From Acetobacteraceae bacterium (lineage in GTDB: Bacteria; Pseudomonadota; Alphaproteobacteria; Acetobacterales; Acetobacteraceae): 64,000 nucleotides of DNA. Location: positions 2,998 to 66,997 of the forward strand of contig JASHOF010000131.1 in NCBI GenBank assembly GCA_030041255.1, given 5' to 3'. The notes beneath the pieces are model-generated. The model searched no databases. It saw only the letters and a list, made by a program, of their open reading frames with translations, and was not told the DNA's origin. A program made the position numbers and the translations under genes. This document shows positions 44,293-55,319 of this stretch, piece after piece; position 1 is the first letter of the stretch, and every line of letters begins with the position of its first letter.

Positions 44293-44498
44293 TGCCGCTC
44301 TCTTATGGTACGCGATGGAGACGTTAGCGCCCGGCTTTCGGGGCGGGCAAGCGTGGTTTTCAGCAGATTGCGCTGTTTATTCGAGGCCACGATTCACGTC
44401 CTCCGACGATCCCGCCTCGGGCGACCACGGGCTGGAAGAGTCGCCAGGCGAACCCCCAGAAGCTATGAAATGGGGGTCGGAAATCTCGATAGGGCACG

Positions 44499-45335
44499 AT
44501 GACTGAGAATCATCACGCTCTGGCGAGGGTGCTGGTCATCGCCGGGTCGGACTCGAGCGGCGGCGCCGGCATCCAGGCGGACGTGAAGGCCATCACTGCG
44601 CTGGGCGCCTATGCTGCGACCGCCATTACCGCGATCACCGTGCAGGATTCTCGGGCCGTCCATGCCGTGCACCTCCTGCCGGCATCGCTCGTTGCGACCC
44701 AGGTCGAGTGCGCGCTTGCAGATCCGGGGGCGGACGCGGTGAAAATCGGGATGCTTGGAGACGCGGCGATCGCGGCCGCAGTAGCGGCCGCGCTGCGCGC
44801 TGCGATCGGCCTCCCTTTGGTCATCGACCCGGTTCTCTGTGCCTCGACCGGCGCTCGCCTTCTTGCAGAGGATGCGCTGGACGCTCTGCGCGGAGAACTC
44901 TTCCCACTCGCTACGCTCGTCACCCCCAACGTTCCGGAGGCCGCACTCCTCTCCGGCACCGCCATCCACGACCTCTCTTCGATGGAGCAGGCCGCTCGCG
45001 CACTCGTCCCCGCCGGGACCTCGGGCGCGGTGCTGGTGAAGGGCGGACACCTTCCGGGCGAGATGGTGGTGGACGTGCTGGCCTCCCTGGATGGCATCAT
45101 CCGATTCGAGGCACCGCGGCTTGCCGGCCCGCCGCGCCGCGGCACCGGCTGCACTCTGGCAAGTGCGATCGCCGCAGGGATCGCGCAGGGTTTCGCTCTC
45201 GTGGACTCCATCCGGCGGGCCCGCGCCTACGTCCGGGCTGCGATCGCAACCGCGCCCGGGATCGGCACGGGCGCACGCCTTTTGAACCACGCAGTGACGG
45301 TTGATCCAGAGCGGATCGAGACACCTGGCTTATAG
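44499..45335 (+). CDS. thiD: bifunctional hydroxymethylpyrimidine/phosphomethylpyrimidine kinase
   Basis: ORF 44499..45335. Motifs: VLVIAGSDSSGGAGIQADVK, VKIGML, TPN..EA, GTGCTLASAIAA. Confidence 0.9.
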   Translation: MTENHHALARVLVIAGSDSSGGAGIQADVKAITALGAYAATAITAITVQDSRAVHAVHLLPASLVATQVECALADPGADAVKIGMLGDAAIAAAVAAALRAAIGLPLVIDPVLCASTGARLLAEDALDALRGELFPLATLVTPNVPEAALLSGTAIHDLSSMEQAARALVPAGTSGAVLVKGGHLPGEMVVDVLASLDGIIRFEAPRLAGPPRRGTGCTLASAIAAGIAQGFALVDSIRRARAYVRAAIATAPGIGTGARLLNHAVTVDPERIETPGL

Positions 45336-45344
45336 CCGCGGCTT

Positions 45345-45632
45345 TCACTCCTTCGAGGCGTGTACCCCTGCGTTTTCAACCGCACTCTTGCAGAAATATG
45401 CACCCTTCTTGGTTTTTCCGAACCAGCGCGAGCCGGACAGGTGATAGACATCGGCGCGCAAGTTCGCCCAGACCACTGTGTCCGCGCCACAGGTTTTTTG
45501 CGCTGCGGTCAGGCTCGAGAAGTGCTCGACCGCGCTGAGCGAAACATATTTCTTGGTCGCTCCTGAGGCCGGCGGGACAAGCGCCAGCACAACCGCTGGG
45601 ACCGCACCAAGGAGGACCGGCAGCAGGCGCAT
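45345..45632 (-). CDS. small exported hypothetical protein (two Cys)
   Basis: ORF 45345..45659, with the start moved to ATG 45630-45632 (MRLLPVLLGAVPAVVLALVPPASG signal) and GGAG 6 nt upstream. No family was recognised. Local G+C is lower. Confidence 0.5.
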   Translation of the reverse strand: MRLLPVLLGAVPAVVLALVPPASGATKKYVSLSAVEHFSSLTAAQKTCGADTVVWANLRADVYHLSGSRWFGKTKKGAYFCKSAVENAGVHASKE

Positions 45633-45793
45633 CCCGATCTCCGCCTTTTTTTGGTTCAAATCGAGACCCCGACACTACACATGGTTGCGAAGGCCCTGCA
45701 ACGAGGCTTGCTCCGGCCGTCCAGCTCCGCTAACCACGGCGTCGGGTCACGCCCCCCCACCGGGGCGCTTGTCTTCTGCAAGGGAGAGTCGTC

Positions 45794-46981
45794 ATGGCAG
45801 TCATTGCCACGCGGCCGGAGGTTCGTCCGGCCAACTCCTGCTTTTCTTCCGGTCCATGCGCCAAACGCCCCGGCTACCGGCTTGAGGTTCTGAGCGGTGC
45901 GCTGCTCGGGAGGAGCCACCGCGCCAAATTGGCGAAGGCACGACTTCTGGAAGTCATCCAACGTTCACGCGCCCTCCTCGGCATGCCGGTTGAGTGGCAG
46001 CTCGGCATCGTGCCTGCGTCCGATACAGGTGCGGTCGAGATGGCGCTCTGGTCGCTGCTTGGCGCCCGTGGCGTCGATGTGCTTGCCTTCGAGAGTTTTT
46101 CCTCGGGCTGGGCAACCGATGTCGTCAAAGAGCTTCGTTTGACGGATGCACGCGTGCTCGAGGCGGCGTACGGGCGACTGCCGGACCTTGCTGCGGTTGA
46201 TTTCTCACGCGATGTGGTGCTGGCCTGGAATGGCACCACCTCCGGCGTCCGGTTCCCGGACGGTGATTGGATCCCCGGGAGCCGACAAGGTCTGATCATT
46301 GCCGATGCGACGTCCGCAGCCTTCGCGATGAATCTTCCCTGGGACAAACTCGATGTCGTGACCTGGTCCTGGCAGAAGGTACTGGGCGGGGAGGCCGGAC
46401 ACGGCATGCTGGCACTTTCGCCTCGGGCCGTTCAGCGCCTCGAGTCCCACAGGCCTTCCTGGCCGCTGCCGAAAATCTTTCGGCTCACGAAGGGAGGAAA
46501 GCTCATCGAAGGCATTTTCAAGGGGGAGACGATCAACACGCCGAGTATGCTCGCTGTCGAGGATGCGCTCGATGGCCTGCGCTGGGCCGAGGCGATCGGA
46601 GGGCTTCCGGCGTTGATCGCGCGCACGGAGGCGAACCTCTCCGCCATCGCATCCTGGGTGGAACGCACTCCCTGGGTCGATTTTCTGGCCGAACGGCCGG
46701 AGTGGCGCTCGCCGACTTCGATCTGCCTCAGGATCACCGCACCCTGGTTCGAGGCCATGACAGCCGGAGGCCAAGCCGACGCAGCAAAGCGGCTTGCCGG
46801 CCTGATCGAATCCGAAGGTGTTGCCTACGATATCGGCTCTTATCGGGACGCTCCGCCTGGCCTCCGCATCTGGGGTGGGGCAACGGTCGAAACTGTCGAC
46901 ATCCTGGCGCTCCTGCCTTGGCTGGAGTGGGCCTTTTCCGCGCTTGCCGGCGAAGCGCGGCCGGCACGGGCCGCGGAGTGA
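45794..46981 (+). CDS. serC: phosphoserine aminotransferase (long alphaproteobacterial type)
   Basis: ORF 45794..46981. It reads [12 protein letters not shown]...SWQKVLGGE (PLP-Lys region) and lies directly upstream of serA. Confidence 0.85.
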   Translation: MAVIATRPEVRPANSCFSSGPCAKRPGYRLEVLSGALLGRSHRAKLAKARLLEVIQRSRALLGMPVEWQLGIVPASDTGAVEMALWSLLGARGVDVLAFESFSSGWATDVVKELRLTDARVLEAAYGRLPDLAAVDFSRDVVLAWNGTTSGVRFPDGDWIPGSRQGLIIADATSAAFAMNLPWDKLDVVTWSWQKVLGGEAGHGMLALSPRAVQRLESHRPSWPLPKIFRLTKGGKLIEGIFKGETINTPSMLAVEDALDGLRWAEAIGGLPALIARTEANLSAIASWVERTPWVDFLAERPEWRSPTSICLRITAPWFEAMTAGGQADAAKRLAGLIESEGVAYDIGSYRDAPPGLRIWGGATVETVDILALLPWLEWAFSALAGEARPARAAE

Positions 46982-46986
46982 GGCCA

Positions 46987-48573
46987 ATGTCGAAAGTCCT
47001 TATTTCCGACAAGCTTTCTCCGACTGCTCTCGCGATCTTTCGTGCCCGGGGGATCGAGGCCGATTTTCGCCCTGGCCTCAAGCCTCCGGAGTTGCGCAGC
47101 CTCATTGCGCCTTATGATGGACTTGCGGTGCGCTCGGCGACCAAGGTCACTCGCGAACTGCTCGAAGCGGCACCAAACCTCAAGGTGGTGGGCCGCGCCG
47201 GCATCGGCGTGGACAATGTGGATGTGACATCGGCGACCGCGCGCGGCGTGGTCGTCATGAATACCCCGCACGGTAACGCGATTACCACTGCCGAGCACGC
47301 GATTGCCATGATGATGACGCTTGCCCGCCAGATCCCGGAGGCGTCCGCTTCCACGAGATCCGGCAAATGGGAGAAGAATCGCTTCATGGGGATGGAGCTG
47401 TTCGGCAAGACGCTCGGAGTGATCGGCTGCGGCAATATCGGCTCGATCGTTGTCGAGCGCGCAATCGGTCTGCGGATGAAGGTTATCTCCTACGATCCCT
47501 ATCTGACAGAGGCGCGGGCGTTGGCGCTCGGCGCGGAGAAGGTGCCGCTCGCCGACCTCCTCTCGCGGGCGGATGTCATCACCTTGCACACCCCGCTCAC
47601 CGAAGCGACGCGCAATATCATCTCCGCGGAGGCGATTGCGGCGATGAAGAAGGGCGTGCGTATCATCAATTGCGCACGCGGCGGTTTGCTCGATGAGGCG
47701 GCGCTCGCCACCGCGATTCGTTCCGGGCATGTCGGCGGGGCCGCGCTCGATGTCTTCGCAACCGAGCCCCCCGGAGAAAGCCCGCTCTTCACGCTCGAGA
47801 ACGTTGTCTGCACACCCCACCTCGGCGCTGCCACCGAGGAGGCGCAGGAGAAAGTCGGCATCCAGGTCGCCGAGCAGATGAGCGATTTCCTGCTCACTGG
47901 CGCGGTGGTCAACGCGGTCAACATGCCATCGGTCTCCGCCGAAGAGGCCCCGCGCCTTCGCCCCTACATGGAGCTTTGCCGCCTCCTCGGGAGTTTCGCC
48001 GGCCAGCTCACGCACGCACGAGAAGGAGTGATTCGCAGCGTGGCGATCGAATACGAAGGCGCGGCGGCGGTGCTGAACCTGAAACCACTTTCGGCTGCTG
48101 CACTCGCCGGCCTGCTTGGGCCGATCCTCGAAGGTGTCAACATGGTAAACGCGCCGGCTCTCGCGCACGCGCGTGGCATCGAGGTTTCGGAGATCGCGCA
48201 CGATCGCCCCGGCGAATACCAGGCCCTGATAACTCTCACGGTCACCACAGAGCAGCTCACGCGTGCCGTGGCCGGGACGCTCTTCGCAAACGACCGCCCG
48301 CGCATCGTTTCGGTCAAGGGAATCCCGATCGAGGCGGATTTCTTCCGCCACATGATTTATGTGACGAACCAGGATCGCCCGGGCTTCATCGGCCGTTTCG
48401 GTGCCACACTCGCGGATGCCGGAATCAATATCGCGACCTTCCATCTCGGCCGTGCCGCTCCGGGCGGGGACGCAATCTGCCTGGTGGCGGTAGACGAGCC
48501 GGTGCCCGAGCCGGTGCTGGCCGCGGTCCGTTCCCTCCCCCTCGTCATGCAGGCCACGCCGTTGCGTTTTTGA
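46987..48573 (+). CDS. serA: D-3-phosphoglycerate dehydrogenase (long form with ASB/ACT domains)
   Basis: In-frame part of ORF 46267..48573, with the start at MSKVLISDKL (ATG 46987). NAD site: GVIGCGNIGS. A C-terminal ACT-like domain is present. Confidence 0.95.
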   Translation: MSKVLISDKLSPTALAIFRARGIEADFRPGLKPPELRSLIAPYDGLAVRSATKVTRELLEAAPNLKVVGRAGIGVDNVDVTSATARGVVVMNTPHGNAITTAEHAIAMMMTLARQIPEASASTRSGKWEKNRFMGMELFGKTLGVIGCGNIGSIVVERAIGLRMKVISYDPYLTEARALALGAEKVPLADLLSRADVITLHTPLTEATRNIISAEAIAAMKKGVRIINCARGGLLDEAALATAIRSGHVGGAALDVFATEPPGESPLFTLENVVCTPHLGAATEEAQEKVGIQVAEQMSDFLLTGAVVNAVNMPSVSAEEAPRLRPYMELCRLLGSFAGQLTHAREGVIRSVAIEYEGAAAVLNLKPLSAAALAGLLGPILEGVNMVNAPALAHARGIEVSEIAHDRPGEYQALITLTVTTEQLTRAVAGTLFANDRPRIVSVKGIPIEADFFRHMIYVTNQDRPGFIGRFGATLADAGINIATFHLGRAAPGGDAICLVAVDEPVPEPVLAAVRSLPLVMQATPLRF

Positions 48574-48603
48574 GGGGATCGGTCTGCCTTGGGGTGGCAG
48601 GTG

Positions 48604-50127
48604 TCACATCGTGGCGCCAATGGCCCAGGGTGCGAACTCCGAACTGCCGAAGTCGTAGGTCTCGCTCTTGGTCTTCTCGCCAGAAGCGACACCCAGGATG
48701 AGCTCGAAAATACGCTCGCCGCACTGCTCGACGGTCTCATCGCCATCCAGGATCGTGCCGCAATTGACGTCCATGTCCTCTTCCATGCGCTGATACATCG
48801 GCGTGTTCGTTGCCAGCTTGATCGAAGGCGCTGGCTTGCAGCCGAACACGCTGCCCCGCCCGGTCGTGAAGCAGACCAGATTCGCGCCGCCGGCCACCTG
48901 CCCGGTTGCCGCGACCGGATCGAAGCCAGGGGTATCCATGAACACGAAGCCCCGCCTGCTCGGTGTCTCTGCGTAGCGAACCACCTCGACGAGATTGGTG
49001 CGACCGGCCTTCGCCATTGCACCGAGTGATTTCTCGAGGATGGTCGTCAGCCCGCCGGCCTTGTTGCCGGGCGAGGGGTTGGCATTCATCTCCGCCCCTT
49101 CCCGTTCCGTGTATTCCTCCCACCAGCGCATCAGCCCGACCAGCCTCTCCCCCACCTCGCGACTTATGGCCCGGCGCGTCAGCAGATGCTCTGCCCCATA
49201 CGTCTCCGGGGTTTCAGAGAGAATGACCGTCCCGCCATTCCGCACCACGAGATCGCTCGCCACCCCGAGCGCAGGATTGGCGGAAACACCCGAGTAGCCG
49301 TCCGATCCGCCGCATTGCAGCGCCACGGTCAGGCCGGCAACCGGCACGGTCTCGCGGCCGACCGAGTTCGCCTCCGCCAGCACCTCCCGCACGAAGGCAA
49401 CCCCTCGCTCTACTGTCTTGCGCGTGCCACCCATCGACTGGATGTCCATCGAACGGAGCCGCCCGGAAAGCTTCTCTTCCTCGAACATCGGGCCAATCTG
49501 GTTCACCTCGCAGCCGAGTCCGAGCATGACAACATGCGAGAAATTCACATGCCGCGCGTAACCGGCGAGCGTTCGGCGCAACAGCTTCAACGGCTCGCCC
49601 ATGCTCATCCCGCAGCCGGTCTTGTGGGTGATTGCCACCACCCCGTCCACGTTGGGATATTCGGCAAGTGGATCGCCATTGGAGAAGGGGCTTCGCTTGA
49701 AGGCGTCGGCAATCAGGTCGGCGACGTGCGCGCTGCAGTTCACGCTGGTTACGATTCCGATATAGTTGCGGGTCGCGATCCTGCCGTCGGCACGGCGGAA
49801 TCCCTTGAAGGTCGCTGGCGGATCGAGCATCGCGGTCAGCTTCGCATCTTCGCCATAAGCATAGTCCTTGGCGAAATCGCCCATCCCGCAGTTCTGCACG
49901 TGCACGTGCTGCCCCGGCTCGATGTACCTGGTCGCGAACCCGATCACCTGACCGTAGCGGCGGATCGCCTCGCCAGGCGCGTATGCGCGTGTCGCAACCT
50001 TGTGGCCGGCCGGAATGCGCTCCGCCGCGACCAGTCCCGGCGCGACTGGGGTTCCGGGAAGCAGGGTGGCGCGTGCGATGACCACTCCGTCATCGGGATG
50101 GAGGCGAATCACTGGTGGAGGTGACAT
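48604..50127 (-). CDS. UxaA-family sugar-acid dehydratase (altronate/galactarate dehydratase-like)
   Basis: ORF 48604..50127, 507 aa. It has an N-terminal SAF-like region (IPAGHKVA) and a conserved core (HKTGCG, ALQCGGSD, FTTGRGS). Confidence 0.85.
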   Translation of the reverse strand: MSPPPVIRLHPDDGVVIARATLLPGTPVAPGLVAAERIPAGHKVATRAYAPGEAIRRYGQVIGFATRYIEPGQHVHVQNCGMGDFAKDYAYGEDAKLTAMLDPPATFKGFRRADGRIATRNYIGIVTSVNCSAHVADLIADAFKRSPFSNGDPLAEYPNVDGVVAITHKTGCGMSMGEPLKLLRRTLAGYARHVNFSHVVMLGLGCEVNQIGPMFEEEKLSGRLRSMDIQSMGGTRKTVERGVAFVREVLAEANSVGRETVPVAGLTVALQCGGSDGYSGVSANPALGVASDLVVRNGGTVILSETPETYGAEHLLTRRAISREVGERLVGLMRWWEEYTEREGAEMNANPSPGNKAGGLTTILEKSLGAMAKAGRTNLVEVVRYAETPSRRGFVFMDTPGFDPVAATGQVAGGANLVCFTTGRGSVFGCKPAPSIKLATNTPMYQRMEEDMDVNCGTILDGDETVEQCGERIFELILGVASGEKTKSETYDFGSSEFAPWAIGATM

Positions 50128-50142
50128 GACCCTGCTCCTGCT

Positions 50143-50919
50143 TCACGCTTTGCCCCCGGCAGCCTGGCGGAGGGCGGCGACCGCCGCCTGCGCAGCCCGC
50201 AGCATCAGCCCGCTGTCGTTGCCGATGGTCACGAAGCGAAAACCCATGCCGATCATGCGCGCGGCATAGGCGGACGTGAGGTTGTGCACGCCAGGCGCAA
50301 TGCCGCGCTTGCCGCATTCTTTCACCAGACGCTCATAGATTTTGAGGATCTGCGGCTCCTCCCGGTCCTGCCTTGGCTCGAGGCCGAGTGAAAATCCCAG
50401 ATCGCTCGGGCCGACATAGATGCCGTTGATTCCCGGCACATCCAGGATCGCTTCCAGATTGTCGAGTGCTTCTTGCGTCTCGATCATCGGGATGCAGAGC
50501 ACTTCGGCATTCGCCGTCTTCACATAACCTCCGACCTCGCCGTAAATGCCGGCGCGGATCGGGCCATTGCTCCGTGATCCCAAGGGCGGATAGCGGCAGG
50601 CGGAGACGAACGCCTCGGCGGCAGCGCGCGTATTGATCATCGGGCAGATCACGCCCATCGCGCCGCCATCCAGACACTTGCCGATGATGCCTGGCTCGTT
50701 CCAAGGCACGCGGACGAGGGACGTGACCTGGCGAGCCTGCATGCCCTGAAAGCAGGCCACCATACTCTGGTAGTCCTGCACACCGTGTTGCATATCGACT
50801 GTCAAGCTATCCCAGCCGGCCTGCGACATCACCTCCGCGGAGAAGCCCGAGGGAATGGCAAGCCAGCCGTTCACCACTGCCTTGCCTTCCTGCCAGAGTT
50901 GCTTCACCCGGTTCGCCAT
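50143..50919 (-). CDS. HpcH/HpaI-family 2-keto-3-deoxy-acid aldolase
   Basis: ORF 50143..50919. Motifs: VDMQHG, LVRVP, PMIET.EAL.N...I..V.G..G...GP.DL. Confidence 0.85.
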   Translation of the reverse strand: MANRVKQLWQEGKAVVNGWLAIPSGFSAEVMSQAGWDSLTVDMQHGVQDYQSMVACFQGMQARQVTSLVRVPWNEPGIIGKCLDGGAMGVICPMINTRAAAEAFVSACRYPPLGSRSNGPIRAGIYGEVGGYVKTANAEVLCIPMIETQEALDNLEAILDVPGINGIYVGPSDLGFSLGLEPRQDREEPQILKIYERLVKECGKRGIAPGVHNLTSAYAARMIGMGFRFVTIGNDSGLMLRAAQAAVAALRQAAGGKA

Positions 50920-50985
50920 TCCGTTTCTCCGTATCTTCGCGTGAGACGCTAGGCCGACATCCCGCGGGCGTCAACGCAACTGGAG

Positions 50986-52848
50986 TCAGGCTGCGGGCAG
51001 CGCCTCCGAGGGAGCGGGCGTTGCCGGTGATGCCGCAAGCGGGCCGGTGATCACGCTGATCTCTGCGGCACTCAATGTCTCCTTTTCAAGCAGAATGCCC
51101 GCGGCTTGGCGCAATACTTTTTCATTGGCAACAAGAATGGCACGGGCGCTTGCATAAGCGTTATCAACGAGCTCGCGCACGGCATCGTCGATTGCGGCAG
51201 CGGTTTCCTCCCCATATTGTCTTGGTTGCCAATCGATCGGGCTCTGGAGGATGGTTTGACGTTGCGGCTCATAGGTCACCTGGCCGAGCCGCGGATCCAT
51301 TCCAAAGCGCACGACCATGTTGCGTGCGATATCCGTGACCTTGGCAAGGTCATCAGCGGCACCGGTGGAGATTTCGCCGAAGATCACGCTTTCCGCCGCC
51401 CGCCCGCCGAGCAGCACGGCCATGCGATTGAGGAGCTCCCTGCGGTCCAGCAGATAGCGATCTTCGAGCGGCCTCTGGATCGTGTAGCCGAGCGCCCCCA
51501 TTCCGCGTGGAATGATGGAAACCTTCTGCACTGCGTCGGTCCCTGGCAACGCCATGGCCACCAGGGCGTGTCCCATCTCGTGATGCGCGACCACGGTTCG
51601 CTCGTGGGCGTTGAGCAGGCGATTCCGTTTTTCGAGCCCGGCGACAATTCGCTCCACCGCCTGCTCGAAATCGTAGAATGTGACTTCTTCGGCATTACGC
51701 CGCGTGGCGAGCAAGGCCGCTTCGTTCACGAGATTGGCGAGGTCGGCGCCGGTGAAGCCCGGAGTCAGGGCTGCAATGTCCTCGATCGACACGCCCTCGG
51801 CCAATTGGACCTTGCGAATGTGGAGCTTGAGAATCTCGATCCGCCCTTTCTTGTCTGGTCGATCCACCAGCACCTGGCGGTCGAAGCGGCCGGCGCGCAG
51901 CAGGGCAGGATCGAGGATTTCCGGGCGGTTGGTGGCGCCGAGCAGGACAACGCCGAGCGAGGGATCAAAGCCGTCGAGTTCCGCCAGGAGCTGATTCAGG
52001 GTTTGCTCCTTCTCGTCATGGCCGCCGCTTGGACCCATGAAGCCCGAGCGGGCACGGCCGAGAGCGTCGAGCTCGTCAATGAAAACGATCGATGGGGCAC
52101 GCTCACGTGCCTGCTTGAACAGGTCGCGCACGCGCGCTGCCCCAACGCCCACGAACATCTCTACGAACTCGGAGCCGGCGATCGAGAAAAACGGGACGCC
52201 TGCTTCGCCCGCAACCGCGCGGGCGAGTAGCGTCTTTCCGGTCCCCGGCGGCCCGACCAGCAGAATTCCTTTGGGGATATGCGCACCGAGCCGGCTATAG
52301 CGCTTCGGATCCTTGAGAAACGAGACGATCTCCTCGAGCTCTGCCTTGGCCTCATCGACGCCCGCGACATCGGAGAAGCGCACTGGCACGTCACTCTCGG
52401 CATAGATCTTGGCCCGGCTTCTGCCGACCGCGAATAGCCCGCCCATGCCGCCGCCGGTCGCGGCGGGTCGGACCAGGAACATCCAGAGCAGCACGAACAG
52501 AAGCACCGGCATAAACCAGGCGAGCACGTTCGCAAGGAGCCCGGGCGAGGCTTCGCCGGAGAACGTGACACCCGATTTCTTCAGCTCGGCAGCCAGCGCC
52601 GGGTCCACCCGCTGCGTCAGGAACCTCGAGGGCTCTCCCTTCTCGGCCGTGGTGAATCCGCCGGTAATGTCGTATTGGCCTATTACGAGGTCCTTGATTT
52701 TGTGTTCCTGCAACAAGGCCAGGAACTCATTGTAGGGAATGGTCTTCACATCACTCGGTCGGCCGAGGATTTGCTCGATCGCCAGCACGGCCAGAAACGC
52801 CAGGACAAAGTACCAGAAGTGGACGTGGTGTTCGCGCTTCATCTGCAT
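50986..52848 (-). CDS. second FtsH-family ATP-dependent zinc metalloprotease (paralog)
   Basis: ORF 50986..53091, with the start at [16 protein letters not shown] (ATG 52846-52848). It has two TM segments, Walker A ([11 protein letters not shown]), Walker B (IVFIDELDA) and the zinc site HEMGHAL. Confidence 0.9.
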   Translation of the reverse strand: MQMKREHHVHFWYFVLAFLAVLAIEQILGRPSDVKTIPYNEFLALLQEHKIKDLVIGQYDITGGFTTAEKGEPSRFLTQRVDPALAAELKKSGVTFSGEASPGLLANVLAWFMPVLLFVLLWMFLVRPAATGGGMGGLFAVGRSRAKIYAESDVPVRFSDVAGVDEAKAELEEIVSFLKDPKRYSRLGAHIPKGILLVGPPGTGKTLLARAVAGEAGVPFFSIAGSEFVEMFVGVGAARVRDLFKQARERAPSIVFIDELDALGRARSGFMGPSGGHDEKEQTLNQLLAELDGFDPSLGVVLLGATNRPEILDPALLRAGRFDRQVLVDRPDKKGRIEILKLHIRKVQLAEGVSIEDIAALTPGFTGADLANLVNEAALLATRRNAEEVTFYDFEQAVERIVAGLEKRNRLLNAHERTVVAHHEMGHALVAMALPGTDAVQKVSIIPRGMGALGYTIQRPLEDRYLLDRRELLNRMAVLLGGRAAESVIFGEISTGAADDLAKVTDIARNMVVRFGMDPRLGQVTYEPQRQTILQSPIDWQPRQYGEETAAAIDDAVRELVDNAYASARAILVANEKVLRQAAGILLEKETLSAAEISVITGPLAASPATPAPSEALPAA

Positions 52849-53506
52849 CGGGCTTCGCTCCCGGCGATCTGCCTGGCGCACGCTTAGCACAGGCGCTCCC
52901 TCCAGGCGCCCCCTGCGAGATCGGGCAGAGGCTCGTTGGCCGCCGCAGGCCGGCCGGTGATGGTAGCGGTGGGGACCGGAATTTTCGGCGCGATGGCAAC
53001 AAGCTCCTTCGCCCCACGACGGATCAGATTGATGCCAGGGTGCGGCACCTGACCCCGCCCACCGGAGCATGGGGAAACAATGGGCTGTCACTCATATCGA
53101 TTCCGGCGCAGACTACGGTTGCAGAGTAAACCGGGATTCGGGCCGATGTTCTCCTGCCCCAGGACGCAGCCTTCGTAGGCCCCCGGCACGCACGGCCGAG
53201 CCACGGGGTGCCGATCTCGAAGCAAAGGTCGAAACGCTGAACGCGCGCCTCCGAGGGCGCCGACCTGCCCGCCGTTCCCGTGACGAGGCCCGTGCGGACG
53301 GCCCCGCTCGGCGAGACGCATCGGGGTCGGTCCCAGCCTCAGCCCCGCCCTCGGACCTGCGAGGCCCTCGGCCGGACGCCCCTGGCGCTCCCGGGAAGAT
53401 CTGTCGCCCACGTTCTGCCGCCCTTGGATCACCGGTACGTGCCTGCCGCGGTGAGCGCCCTTGCGGTTACCCCTTGGGGTGGTCATGCTGAGACGGGAGA
53501 AAAGCC

Positions 53507-54934
53507 ATGCCGGAAGATATGGGTGGAGCGCATCCGGTCGATTCGGTCATTTCCGCGGCGCGCAGGCTGCTTGGTGAACGAATCAGCACAAACCGGAATA
53601 TCCGCGAACAGCACGCACATGGAGAGGATACGCAGCCGCGCGTGCTCCCCGATGCGGTCGCCTTCGTCGAAAATTCGGAGGAGGTGGCGCGCCTGCTCGG
53701 CCTCTGCCATTCCGCCGGCGTACCGGTGATCGCGTTCGGTGCAGGCACCTCGCTTGAAGGTCATGTAACCCCGGTACTGGGCGGTATTACTCTTGATCTT
53801 TCACGGATGCGCCGCGTGCTCGAAGTGAATGCGGCAGATATGGATTGCCGTGTCGAGGCGGGCGTGACCCGCCAGCAGCTCAACGCGCATCTCCGCGACC
53901 AGGGGCTCTTCTTTCCCGTCGATCCCGGCAGCGAGTGCACGATCGGCGGCATGTGCGCAACGCGTGCCTCCGGCACCAATGCGGTCCGCTATGGGACGAT
54001 TCGCGACAACGTGCTCGGCCTGACTGTTGCGCTCGCCGATGGACGGCTGATCAGGACCGGTGGGCGAGTGCGCAAGTCGGCAACCGGCTATGACCTGACC
54101 CGGCTCTTCATCGGCTCGGAAGGCACGCTCGGCGTGATCACGGAGATCGGGCTCCGCCTGCATGGCATTCCAGAAGCGATCGTGTCGGCGACCTGCCAGT
54201 TCCCGATGCTCTCCGGCGCAGTCGAGACGGTGGTTTCGGTGATGCAGGCGGGCATTCCGGTGGCACGCATTGAACTCCTGGACGAAGTGCAGATGCGGGC
54301 CTCGATCGCCTATTCAAATCTCTCCGGCCTGGCCGAGATGCCCACCCTCTTCTTCGAGTTCCACGGGACTCCTGCCTCGGTCGCCGAGCAGGTGCGCATG
54401 ACCGAGGAGATCGCACATGAGTGTGGAGCGGAACGTTTCACGCAAGCAGCGGATGCCGAGGCGCGGGCGCATCTCTGGAAGGCGCGGCATGATGCCTATT
54501 GGGCGGCACTCGCATTGCAGCCGGGTTGTCGCATCCTCACCGCCGATGCGATCGTGCCGATCTCACGCCTGACCGAAGCCGTGCTCGCATCCCGTGAGGC
54601 GATCACCGCCTCCGGGCTTACGGGCGCCATCCTCGGACATGTCGGTGATGGTAATTTCCATACCGTGATCATCGTGCCAAGCGAGCCAGACGGACTTGCT
54701 CGCGCCTGGGCACTCGATCGGACAATCGTCGACATCGCGCTCGGCCTGGACGGGTCCTGCAGCGGCGAGCACGGGGTTGGCATCGGCAAGCGCCAGTTCC
54801 TGAAAGCCGAACACGGTCAGGAGGCGCTGGCCGTGATGCATGCGATCAAGTCAGCACTCGATCCGCGCGGCATCCTCAACCCGGGCAAGATCTTTCTGGA
54901 CCAAGCCAACCCCGGCGTTATTGCGGCGGCCTGA
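53507..54934 (+). CDS. FAD-linked oxidase, D-lactate dehydrogenase/GlcD family
   Basis: ORF 53507..54934, with a GGGAGA SD. It has an FAD-binding PCMH region (FGAGTSLEGH), and reads GYDLTRLFIGSEGTLGVITE and GEHGVGIGK. Confidence 0.85.
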   Translation: MPEDMGGAHPVDSVISAARRLLGERISTNRNIREQHAHGEDTQPRVLPDAVAFVENSEEVARLLGLCHSAGVPVIAFGAGTSLEGHVTPVLGGITLDLSRMRRVLEVNAADMDCRVEAGVTRQQLNAHLRDQGLFFPVDPGSECTIGGMCATRASGTNAVRYGTIRDNVLGLTVALADGRLIRTGGRVRKSATGYDLTRLFIGSEGTLGVITEIGLRLHGIPEAIVSATCQFPMLSGAVETVVSVMQAGIPVARIELLDEVQMRASIAYSNLSGLAEMPTLFFEFHGTPASVAEQVRMTEEIAHECGAERFTQAADAEARAHLWKARHDAYWAALALQPGCRILTADAIVPISRLTEAVLASREAITASGLTGAILGHVGDGNFHTVIIVPSEPDGLARAWALDRTIVDIALGLDGSCSGEHGVGIGKRQFLKAEHGQEALAVMHAIKSALDPRGILNPGKIFLDQANPGVIAAA

Positions 54935-55319
54935 TCATCCCGATCCGCAACATGACCGCGAGGATGCCGCCCTTTACCAGCGGCAGCAGCACCAACGCCA
55001 AAACAAGAGTGAGCGGCAGCAGAATCGCCGCTTCGAGCCAGAGCGGCGGGGCGAGGGTCGTCTCCATCAGCACCAGCAACCCGACGACAATGTGCCCGAC
55101 AATCAGGATCGTGACGTACGCCGGCGCATCGTCGGAGCGCAATTGGCCAAGCGGCGCTTTGCAACTGGGACATGCAACGACGACGCGGAGATAGCTGGCG
55201 AACAAAGGGCTCTCTCCGCAGGCCGGGCATCGGCCGGCGATGCCCCGGCCGATCTGTACCTTCATCGGCGGATTGGGCCAGGGCGGTGGCACCACGCTGC
55301 GGCGAGGCTGCCATCGCAT
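54918..55319 (-). CDS. DUF983-family small membrane protein (zinc-ribbon + 2 TM)
   Basis: ORF 54918..55376, with the start taken at MRWQPRR. It reads GRCPACGESPLF...CPSCKAPL followed by hydrophobic segments. It overlaps the dld-like gene convergently by 17 nt. Confidence 0.7.
   Translation of the reverse strand: MRWQPRRSVVPPPWPNPPMKVQIGRGIAGRCPACGESPLFASYLRVVVACPSCKAPLGQLRSDDAPAYVTILIVGHIVVGLLVLMETTLAPPLWLEAAILLPLTLVLALVLLPLVKGGILAVMLRIGMIRPPQ

Noticed and set aside
44293-44498. Possible TPP (THI-box) riboswitch upstream of thiD
   Set aside because: I could not find the conserved CUGAGA and ACCUGAUCUGGAUAAUGCCAGCG-type core in the 206-nt spacer. The only CTGAGA is inside the thiD coding start.
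45640-45670. tRNA-like T-loop word GGTTCAAATC
   Set aside because: No flanking T-stem complementarity or acceptor/anticodon arms are present. The word lies at the 5' end of the small exported-protein gene region.
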